A stretch of DNA of 11,300 nt from Octopus sinensis. Taxonomy: Eukaryota. The stretch covers positions 1 to 11,300 of the forward strand of contig NW_021826960.1 in the NCBI RefSeq assembly GCF_006345805.1, given 5' to 3'. The translations under genes and the position numbers were made by a program. Numbering within the stretch: the first letter of the stretch is position 1; every line of letters starts with the position of its first letter. Positions 1 through 8,139 of this stretch are shown here, one piece after another. The notes below the pieces were generated by a model. The model saw only the letters and a list, made by a program, of their open reading frames with translations. It did no database searches and had not been told where the DNA came from.

Positions 1-171
1 CCATTTATGGTCATGGCGTGACGAAATTATCAGATAAGGATCTGCAGAATAATGTTTGTTGTGATTCTTGAATTGTAAATTACAATTATAGGCAAATACC
101 GTTAATGATCAAGGTAAGATCGAATTATCAGATAAAAAAAAAATTGCTGGATCATGTTTAAAAGCTACTCA

Positions 172-588
172 GAGTAGCTGTGTGGTAAGTAGCTTGCTAA
201 CCAACCACATGGTTCTGGGTTCAGTCCCACTGCGTGGCATCTTGGGGAAGTGTCTTCTGCTATAGCCCCGGGCCGACCAATGCCTTGTGAGTGGATTTGG
301 TAGACGGAAACTGAAAGAAGCCTGTCGTATATATGTATATATATATATATGTATGTGTGTTTGTTTGTGTGTCTGTGTTTGTCCCCCTAGCATTGCTTGA
401 CAACCGAAGCTGGTGTGTTTACGTCCCCGTCACTGAGCGGTTCGGCAAAAGGAACCGATAGAATAAGTACTGGGCTTACAAAAAGAATAAGTCCCGGGGT
501 CGAGTTGCTCGATTAAAGGCGGTGCTCCAGCATGGCCGCAGTCAAATGACTGAAACAAATAAAAGAGTAAAACGAGTAAAGAGAGTAA
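172..588 (+). mobile_element. tRNA-derived SINE, family A, apparently full length, with internal (TA)/(TG) microsatellite
   Basis: A-box-like TAGCTGTGTGG 175-185 and B-box GGTTCAGTCCC 218-228. CORE-like 'cttggggaagtgtctt'; internal microsatellite ~328-380; short-repeat tail (GAGTAAA-like) 557-588. The 5' half recurs at 6698-6863 and the 3' half at 3311-3510. Confidence 0.85.
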
Positions 589-726
589 CAAGTATTTAAC
601 TAGGATAGAGAGAGAAGTTTCGAGAAGGAAGATAAACGAAATTTTATGGTGGAGAAAATGGGGTTATTTTCTAATTTTTTTTTTGGAGGATTCGAGGTCA
701 TCTGAAAGTGAGGCGTCGTTGTTGTT

Positions 727-966
727 GTGACTTTGCGCTTAAGGATATTTGGCTCACGATTGTCATGTCATGAGATCGATTCTCAGCGACGCATTGCGCC
801 CTTGAGCAAGACACTTTATTTCACGTTGCTTCATTCCACTCAATCGATAAAAATAAGCCCTACCTGTAATTAAAAAGGGGCCAGCCTTGTCACAGTCTGT
901 GTCCATGCTGAATCTCCCTGAGAACTAAGTTAAGTGTACACGCTTGTCTGCGGAGTACTCAGCCAC
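727..966 (+). mobile_element. tRNA-derived CORE-like SINE, family B, copy 1 (3'-truncated)
   Basis: Degenerate B-box GAGATCGATTCTC 772-784 and CORE-like 'ccttgagcaagacactttatttcacgttgc'. Near-identical to 1001-1223; the tail is shared with the SINE at 9821-10123. Confidence 0.8.
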
Positions 967-1000
967 GTGTGGCGTCGTTGTTGTTATTCTCGCTTTTGTT

Positions 1001-1303
1001 GTGACTTTGTGCTTACGATCGTAATGTCATGAGATCGATTTTCAGCGACGCATCGTGTCCTTGAGCAAGACACTTTATTTCACGTTGCTTCATTCCACTG
1101 AATCGACAAAAATAACCCTACCTGTAATTAAAAAGGGGCCAGCCTTAACACATTCTGTGTCATGCTGAATCTCCCTGAGAACTAAGTTAAGTGTACACGC
1201 TTGTCTGCGGAGTACTCAGCCACTTGCACGTTAATTTCACAAGTAGACCGTTCCGTTGATCGGATCAACTGGAATGCTCGTTGTCGTAAGCGACGGAGGA
1301 CCA
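1001..1303 (+). mobile_element. SINE family B, copy 2 (complete 3' tail)
   Basis: Tandem duplicate of 727-966 that continues through 'ttgcacgttaatttcac...gtaagcgacggaggacca' into a (TTG)-type tract. Confidence 0.8.
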
Positions 1304-1370
1304 GTTATTGTTGTGGTTGTTTGTTTTTATTGCTGTTGCTGTTGTTTCTTATTGGTGTTATTATAGTTGT
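1304..1370. repeat. Imperfect (TTG)n/(TTA)n tract
   Basis: Directly visible; follows the SINE 3' end. Confidence 0.85.
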
Positions 1371-1371
1371 A

Positions 1372-1603
1372 AGGCGGCGAGCTGGCAGAATCGTTAGCAC
1401 GCCGGACGAAATGCTTAGCAGTATTTCGTCTGCCGTTACGTTCTGAGTTCAAATTCCGCCGAGGTCGACTTTGCCTTTCATCCTTTCGGGGTCGATAAAT
1501 TAAGTACCGGTTACGCACTGGAGTCGATGTAATCGACTTAATTCCTTTGTCTGTCCTTCTTTGTCCCCCTCTATGTTTAGCCCCTTGTGGGCAATAAAAA
1601 AAA
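1372..1603 (+). mobile_element. tRNA-derived SINE, family C (Meta/MESC-like central domain)
   Basis: Head 'ggcggcgagctggcagaatcgttag' and B-box GAGTTCAAATTCC 1445-1457. Central 'gcctttcatcctttcggggtcgataaattaagtacc' resembles the Meta/MESC SINE domain (from memory). A-rich end at 1593-1603. Confidence 0.8.
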
Positions 1604-1609
1604 TTATAT

Positions 1610-1720
1610 AGTTGTTATTGCTGCTGCTGTTATTGCTGCTGTTGTTTTGTTGTTGTTGTTGTTGTTACTGTTTTTTTTATTCTTGTAGCTGTTATTGTTG
1701 TTATGATTGTTGTTACTGTT
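1610..1720. repeat. (TTG)/(CTG)/(TTA) trinucleotide tract
   Basis: Directly visible. Confidence 0.85.
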
Positions 1721-1738
1721 ATTTTCTCTTAATCACAG

Positions 1739-1797
1739 GTTTTGTTGGAAATCCTGGAGTCTTGCATGCATATCGGGGTTATTACCTGCAGCCTACG
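1739..1797 (+). CDS. Candidate 59-nt internal exon, unknown gene
   Basis: Acceptor 'ttattttctcttaatcacAG' (AG 1737-1738) and donor 'acg|GTaaca' (GT 1798-1799). A complex island between two microsatellites. All three frames are open: GFVGNPGVLHAYRGYYLQPT, VLLEILESCMHIGVITCSL, FCWKSWSLACISGLLPAAY. Product not recognised. Confidence 0.45.
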
Positions 1798-1844
1798 GTA
1801 ACATGCATTACGGTCTTCTCAGCTATCTGATACTTTACTGATTA

Positions 1845-1868
1845 TTCTGTATTATTATTATTATTATT

Positions 1869-1907
<39 letters not shown>

Positions 1908-1915
1908 ATTATCAT
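1845..1915. repeat. (TTA)n-(TTG)n microsatellite
   Basis: Directly visible. Confidence 0.95.
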
Positions 1916-2084
1916 TATAAGAATTTTGAAACATTTGACAGAACGTGAAATCGCAGGCATCCTTCAACTTTTTCGCTCCAAAAGGGTTTTTCAAGCTATT
2001 GTTTATATACTTATATGTACTTCGAGATCCAATTCCCAAAAAGTATTATTCTTGCTGCTATTGTTGCTGTCACGTGCATGTTTC

Positions 2085-2189
2085 TCTCTCCATCTCTCCC
2101 CTCTCCTCTCTCTCTTTCTTTCAATATATATATATATATTTGTTGTATGTATGTATGTATGTATGTATGTATGTATGTATGTATGTATA
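2085..2189. repeat. Compound (CT)n/(TA)n/(TATG)n microsatellite
   Basis: Directly visible. Confidence 0.95.
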
Positions 2190-2350
2190 TTCTTCCTTCG
2201 TCTTCCCTTCTATTGGACTTTTCTCTGTTTCCGAAGAAGAGCATCTGCTCGAAACATTAAACCATCTTTCTTTCCTTCCCTGAGCATCTGCTAATACTTT
2301 ACATGTACCACGTCCACGCGTTGTTGGTTTTTTGTGTTCTTTTTTAGATT
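2190..2350 (+). mobile_element. PLE-type terminal-repeat (pLTR-like) fragment carrying a hammerhead motif
   Basis: Contains the hammerhead motif at 2227-2262. Bases 2281-2326 match the reverse complement of ~10690-10735 (37/46 by hand). Preceded by (TATG)n and followed by TA-rich sequence. Confidence 0.6.
2227..2262 (+). ncRNA. Minimal type-I hammerhead ribozyme motif (degenerate)
   Basis: Helix I GUUU 2227-2230 / AAAC 2259-2262; core CCGAAGA 2231-2237 (U4 to C); extra A; helix II GAGC-AUCU-GCUC 2239-2250; GAAA 2251-2254; CA-UU with predicted cleavage after 2258. Helix III ACAU is probably a CpG-decayed ACGU. Confidence 0.7.
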
Positions 2351-2368
2351 TACGATATGTGTATATAA

Positions 2369-2553
2369 CGTTGCTATTATGTTAAATTGTCGTATGTCCA
2401 AATTTGGACAAATGCCTTATTTTTGTTTTTGTTTATCTATCGCATCACCAGCTGCTTCAGATTGCAACATACTAAAAAATGTCAAAGTGTTGTAGAACGG
2501 TTTTGCTATGGAATGGATAAGCAATGTTTGAACACTTTTGCATTATAGCAACG
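2369..2553. mobile_element. MITE candidate with 13-bp TIRs in TA context
   Basis: CGTTGCTATTATG 2369-2381 against CATTATAGCAACG 2541-2553 (12/13 inverted match). TA-rich flanks, no coding capacity, internal 16-bp palindrome at 2395-2410. Confidence 0.5.
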
Positions 2554-2563
2554 ATATATATAT

Positions 2564-2607
<44 letters not shown>

Positions 2608-2700
2608 TCTAAATACATACATACACACATACATACATACATACATACATACATACATACATACATACATACATACATACATACATACATACATACATAC
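2554..2700. repeat. (TA)n then (CATA)n microsatellite
   Basis: Directly visible. Confidence 0.95.
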
Positions 2701-2701
2701 T

Positions 2702-3233
2702 GCAGTACCAGGCAGTGACTATCATGGCTTCTGATCTTAACTGATTGGAAGTGTTATCATGTACATTGTTTTGTCTTGGTATAAAAGATGGGCTACAGCA
2801 AATATTCTGCTCAATACCACAGATTTGCTTGTCAGTTGCTTGACCATAACCAGTTGAGCATGCCCCTTAGTGGTTGGCGATATGTGCATCTCTGATCACG
2901 AGCAGAAGTAGTGGGGGAGCATCATAGCCATGTGTTGAGAGGAATTCTTTGGGTTTTGGATAATTCACCTCTGGAAACATAGGTATTTCGTTCAACATCC
3001 TTATTCAGGGACCAATTGAGCGAGATAGATTACTTGACCTGAAGAAAATTCTAAGTGGGCCCCAACTGCAAGCTCATGCGCTGTTTATCTTGGTATGATA
3101 TCACCATGTCGCGTACATATGGTTGTGACGCATGTGCCAAGTGTACCCTTATCATTTGGGTAGTCATGATGGATATACTGGGTTTCGTATATTTTACCCC
3201 AGTGTCACTTTGATGGCATACACTGCTTTCTCA
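2702..3233 (+). mobile_element. Interspersed repeat, probably a retroposon 3' portion; class uncertain
   Basis: GC-balanced block sharply bounded by microsatellites. Recalled as a high-copy Octopus repeat; single copy in this window, so unverified. Stem-loop at 3175-3205 near the 3' end. Confidence 0.45.
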
Positions 3234-3310
3234 TGTATATGCATGCATATAGAAATGTATGTATATATGTATGTGTGTAAGTATGTATTCATACATGTAT
3301 ATGTCTTTCG

Positions 3311-3510
3311 TATTGTCCTCCCACCTCATAACAATCGGGATTGCAATGTTTACGATACCCTAACTTAGCTGTTCAACAAAAGAGATGGTCAGAATATGTA
3401 CCAAACTTTAATAAGAATAAGCAATAAGTTCGATTCGATCAACTAAATGCTTTCAAGACTGTGCTCCAGCATGTCCGCAGTGCTATGAGTGAAACAAGTA
3501 AACGAATACA
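3311..3510 (+). mobile_element. SINE family A, 3' half only, diverged
   Basis: Aligns by eye to 379-570 (for example 'gtgctccagcatg.ccgcagt...gaaacaa.taaa'); preceded by a (TATG)-type tract. Confidence 0.7.
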
Positions 3511-3524
3511 AGTGTAAAATACAT

Positions 3525-3885
3525 ACACACACAACCATGCACGCATACACGCACACGCACACATGTCACACACGCACGCATGCACACACTCAAACACACA
3601 CAAATGCACGCACGCGCGCACACACGCACACATTCACACACAGACATACTCACACACACACAGGCGCACACACACCCTCACATACACAGACATACACACA
3701 TGCACACACGCACGCACACGGACACAAACACACACACACACTCACACACACAGACACGCACACACACAGGCACGCACACACACACACGCAAACACTCAGA
3801 TATACACACGCACACATTCACACACACATACACATGCACGCACGCACACACATACAGTCACACACACACATACACTCACACATGT
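3525..3885. repeat. Long imperfect (CA)n/(CACG)n microsatellite
   Basis: Directly visible; source of the His/Thr-rich spurious ORFs. Confidence 0.95.
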
Positions 3886-3954
3886 ACAAATATCCTATAT
3901 GATAATGCGATTTTACTATCAACGGCAGTGAAGTATATATGATAATTTAATACT

Positions 3955-4305
3955 GGTACAAGAAAAGATAAGTGTCAAAAATATAGTCAATATGGCTCTA
4001 TTGTTAAACCAAAACATGGCTAGTGACTGGAGGTGTATTTTTGGTGCAGGACAGCAGCTAACTAACTAACCAGACATTGTGATAAAAGCAGGTGTCCAAG
4101 ACATTCTTACTGTCTTGTCTAACAGATAAAATCATTCCAATAACACGAATGGAATCCTCTTCAAATACAAAGGTCTCGAAAAGAATAAGAATGTGGAATA
4201 TAAAGATGGCTAAAAGAACTGTCCTTGTGTTCATAAAATGTGTGAGGACAGTTAAAAGTGAAAGTAAGAATAGGGTTGAAGGACTCTTTGGCAAAGTTAA
4301 GTCAC
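3955..4305 (+). mobile_element. Decayed non-LTR retrotransposon fragment, restriction-like endonuclease domain (R2/R4/Dong/Hero-like)
   Basis: PDIVIK at 4070 and KYKGLE at 4163-4180 are in one frame; after a frameshift comes RMWNIK at 4188 then TVLVFI..VRTVK. This matches the RLE pattern RPDIV..KYxDL..RMW..VPVVIGALG. Stops and frameshifts are present. Confidence 0.55.
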
Positions 4306-4604
4306 ATATTTATATATATATACATAACTGTGTGTATGCGAGTGTGTGTATGTATGTGTGTTTGTGCATGTATGTGTTGTAAGTGTATATGTACACACAC
4401 ACACATATATATTTATACATAGATAAATAGAGAGAGAGAGAAATTTGATCGATGGTAGAACCGTATCAGTTTACCCTCTTCCTTATCTTTGTTTCTCCTT
4501 CATCTCCCTCTTCTCTCCTCCTCCTCCTCCTCCCCCTCCTTCTTTATTTGTCTCTTCCTCTCTCTCATTTATCCCTGTCTCTACTTTCACTTTCTGTTTC
4601 AAGT

Positions 4605-5150
4605 GACACTCGAGAAAACACGACGAAGGTTTTTAGTTACCGAACAATCCACTTGACCTCTACTCTGTCAAGCGTCCGCCGCACCCTACTCTTTTTACGT
4701 TACCGCATCTCCAACAACCAGCAGAACCAAGACACAACTCTTAGACCAACACCAATTCTACCTATGAGCTTTTACCAATGGAAAATGATGAGGACAAATC
4801 CATAGAAAGAACTCGAACCCTCCTACACGTGATATCAGCTGTTTCATATAAAGCCATTCACATAGGAACTGTGAACATTAGACGAGTGCTTTCAAACAGC
4901 ATTTTCGTCATTCCCTCTTGAACATATCGAACACCTCCATCTGACCATCAATCCTAAATTAGGGGGTTAAACTCTTCTAACTGCTCTTACCTCCTGACCC
5001 TTTTCGCAAACACTGTTTAAGATAATGAGTTCAGATAGATTATCGATGATTTAAAACCCGCTGTTGTTGTTTAAGTCTTGGGTTAGTTAGATCTGTTAGA
5101 ATAGATAGGACCGGAGGCGTTCTAGATGTGACCACCATGCCCATTATTTT
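4605..5150 (+). mobile_element. Possible very old LINE (CR1/Jockey-like) RT C-terminus plus 3' UTR
   Basis: LEKTRRRFLV and LTSTLSSVRRTLLFLRY (different frames) loosely resemble the C-terminal RT pattern L..IQRRA.R..LT..L..RR...LFYRY. Weak; boundaries uncertain. Confidence 0.3.
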
Positions 5151-5287
5151 ATTTTATTCTTTTTCTTTCATTTTGCTTCTATTATTAAGTTAGTGTGTTT
5201 GTATTTGAAAGAGTGTTTGAGAGAAATCTGCAATATTTTGGAGAGCAATGGGGTCGGTCAGTTGATAGTCGGTCACGGAGGACAGTC

Positions 5288-5292
5288 ACCAT

Positions 5293-5333
<41 letters not shown>

Positions 5334-5373
5334 GCAGCACCAACATCATCATCATCATCATCATCATCATCAG

Positions 5374-5414
<41 letters not shown>

Positions 5415-5937
5415 GTCGTCGTCGTCGTCGTCTTCACCATTATCATCATCACCATCATCATCATCATCATCATCGCCACCACCATCATCATCATCATCAT
5501 CATCTTTATCGTCGTCGTCTTCATCATGATCATAATGATCATCATCATCATCATCGTCCTCGTCGTCGTCGTCGTCGTCATCATCACTATCAGCAGCAGC
5601 AGGAGCATCGTAGCTGTCGTCGTCATCATCATCATCATTATCATCACCATCATCATCATCACCATTATCACCAATATCATCGTCGTCGTTGTCGTCGCCA
5701 TCTTCATGGTCATCATCGTGAACATCAATATCATCATCATCATTGTCCTGCTCTTCCTCCTCACTCCCCCTCCTCATCATCATCATTCGCATCATCCTCA
5801 TCATGATCAACATCTTTATCATTTATTTATCATCATCAACATCAACATCATTGCCACCATGATTATCGTCGTCGTCGTCGTCATCATGGTCATCAAAGCA
5901 ACACCAATAACATTATCAACCACATCACCATCATTAT
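5288..5937. repeat. ~650-bp (CAT)n array with (CAG)/(CGT)/(CAC) variant blocks
   Basis: Directly visible; generates poly-His/Ile/Ser/Asp/Met ORFs on both strands. Confidence 0.95.
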
Positions 5938-6137
5938 GCCTCGCCCCCTCTCCCATTTAAGTATGGGGGTAATCTTAGTATGTCTCCCCACCGTCCACCT
6001 CTCCATGGGAAGGTTCCTTCCAGCTGTGATTAGCGTTAATGTTATCTTTTTTTTTTACCAGAAGAGCTCTATCCATTCACATATACATACATACGTACAT
6101 ATATACATATGGAGTGAGAAAATGAAGGAATGAATTA

Positions 6138-6275
6138 TTGTGAAGAAGAAGCAGAAGCAGAAGAAGAAGAAGAAGAAGAAGAAGAAGAAGAAGAAGAAGA
6201 AGAAGAAGAAGAAGAAGAGAAAAAAGAAGAAGCGATGGTGATGATGACAACGATGACGATGATGATGATGATGAT
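6138..6275. repeat. (GAA)n followed by (GAT)n
   Basis: Directly visible. Confidence 0.95.
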
Positions 6276-6349
6276 TCCAGAAAGAAAGGAAAACGATTGT
6301 AAGAAAGGACGACAAAAAGAAATACAGAGAAACAGCAGACAGACAGACT

Positions 6350-6375
6350 GATAGAAAGAAAGAAAGAAAGAAAAA

Positions 6376-6407
<32 letters not shown>

Positions 6408-6470
6408 AGAAAGAAAGAAAAAAGCAAGAAAGAAAGAAAGAAAGAAAGGAAGGAAGGAAGGAAGGAACTA
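6350..6470. repeat. (GAAA)n/(GGAA)n
   Basis: Directly visible. Confidence 0.95.
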
Positions 6471-6697
6471 AAGGAAAGCTAATTTATTGAGTAGGCGCCT
6501 ACTTCAACAGACAATCATTGGTAAAAATTCGAGTGACAACGGATCGATATCGAAATCAATCAATCAGACAGTCAATCAATCAATCAATCACATTGTTTAA
6601 TTTGAACAAGTCTGTTGGAATCCGGCCTAATTTATTTGAATAGAAATTGATTAAGCTTAAATGAAAAAATAATTATAAATTATAATCGCTCCTTTTA

Positions 6698-6885
6698 GAC
6701 ACAAGCTTGGTTATGTGGTTAGGAAACTCGCTTTGTAACACCGCGGTCTTGGGTTCAATACCAATGTATGGCACATTTGGCAAATTCTCTTCTACTATAG
6801 CCCCACACCGACCAATACTTTGGCAGTGAATTTGGTAAAAGGAAACTCTCAGGAAGCCCATCGTATATATGTGTGTGTGTGCGTG
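6698..6885 (+). mobile_element. SINE family A, 5' half, diverged
   Basis: Colinear with 172-345: B-box GGTTCAATACC, 'cttctactatagcccc..ccgaccaat', 'ggaaact...gaagccc.tcgtatatat', then the (TA)/(TG) tract. Confidence 0.8.
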
Positions 6886-8022
6886 CTCTTTTATCCTTTG
6901 TGGCAATCTCCTGTTCCTGGATTGCAAACGCATAGCCTTCAAAGTGTAATGTGATGTAGTGGTCTTGTGTCCAAGAGAGGCTGCGCCTCGTGTCAATTCT
7001 ACAGTCTTCTCCAAGCTTCCGGGCAACATACCCATGCATGGTTTTTTTTTTTTGTATGCATGTATGTATGTAGTCGGAAGAGAGGGTATTCGATATCATT
7101 CTAGAGATTAGTAATATATTTCAATTCGGTCGAACCAGTGTGTTGTAACTCTGAGTTACAACAAATAGTAATTTTAAGCGACTGAGGGCAGGGAACATAA
7201 ATCTGCGAGTAGTCATTCATATACATCCATGTTTCAACAACCAATATCATGTCAATCTTTCTAATGATATTCACAGCTTTATCGCTCGGCTTAAAAGAAT
7301 TTCATGCATCTATACATGAGAGTATAATACATTATATATGTGTGTATATATGCATGTATGTATATATAGTAGTAATTATTATTTTAAGCTATATAAGACA
7401 TACATGTGTTTCAGTAAAGCAATTGTCATTTTTACGCAAGAAAAATAAGCAGCAGTGCGTAGTAATGACAATTGGTTTACTGAAACACGTGTACTTTTCA
7501 TAAAATTTAAAATATCAATTATGTTTCTCTGTGTTTATTATAACCATAATGTAGTTCGAAAGTAAATGTCGTAAATGAACATTTAGTACTGATGAAGTTT
7601 CTTTTATAGCAATGTTATTTTGTTTTTCATTATACGACCATCTTTTAGCTTATGGTAACTCCATCATGTTAGACATAATCTATTTAAACGTGATTGATTG
7701 CTGGAAATTCTTAATATTCATAGAAGTGTCGGCAAGAAATCAGGAATTTTGATGTTTTGTTTAGAATTGCATAGGACTGTAATGGAATGTTATGATTCTC
7801 TGAGAGACAAACATTTTATCTTCTGGAAAGTCGTGTAGAGGAAGCGAGTTGTACACTAATCCAAGCAATTATTTTTTTAATTGTTTATATAAAAATCCTT
7901 TAAAAACCAGATATATTTAGAGATTGATGTGGGGTGTTATCTTTCTGAGTGACTGTGTGAAAACATACGTTGCAAGAATACTTTTCACTGAGTTTTGCAA
8001 TAAAACCTACATAAGTTTTTAT

Positions 8023-8123
8023 GTTACTAGGTTATTTCCAAGGACTACCATAACCGATAAATAATGCCTTTTAAGTTACTATGTTATTTCCAAGGTTATA
8101 TACCATAACCGATAAACCAATGC
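8023..8123. repeat. Two-copy tandem duplication, 52-bp offset
   Basis: gttacta[g/t]gttatttccaagg..taccataaccgataaa..aatgc at 8023-8067 and 8075-8123. Confidence 0.85.
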
Positions 8124-8139
8124 TTGAGACACACATACA

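Noticed and set aside
1926-2718. ORFs with YVCM/IYIY runs
   Set aside because: Translation of (TATG)n and (TA)n.
3439-3942. His/Thr and Val/Cys-rich ORFs
   Set aside because: Translation of the (CA)n tract.
4991-5012. Minus-strand 22-nt microexon (strong GAG|GTAAGA donor)
   Set aside because: Lies in a probable old repeat, the acceptor is modest and there is no supporting peptide; unresolved without RNA data.
5185-5960. Long ORFs (poly-His, poly-Ile, poly-Asp, poly-Met) as proteins, such as an Asp-rich biomineral protein
   Set aside because: All frames on both strands are open simply because of the CAT repeat; there is no complex flanking coding sequence or splice support.
6040-6095. Strong-looking acceptor (T-run-ACCAG at 6061)
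   Set aside because: Followed by microsatellite-like sequence with no credible exon.
6055-6427. Poly-Glu/Phe/Leu ORFs
   Set aside because: Translation of (GAA)n and (GAAA)n.
7249-7503. 84-aa ORF with a hydrophobic N-terminus
   Set aside because: Runs through a TA/TG tract and has no recognisable domain.
7589-7595. Other CUGANGA motifs (7589, 9510, 3039) as hammerheads
   Set aside because: No helix II followed by GAAA and UH.
8023-8123. CRISPR-like repeat-spacer array
   Set aside because: Only two diverged copies with no unique spacers, eukaryotic context, no cas genes.
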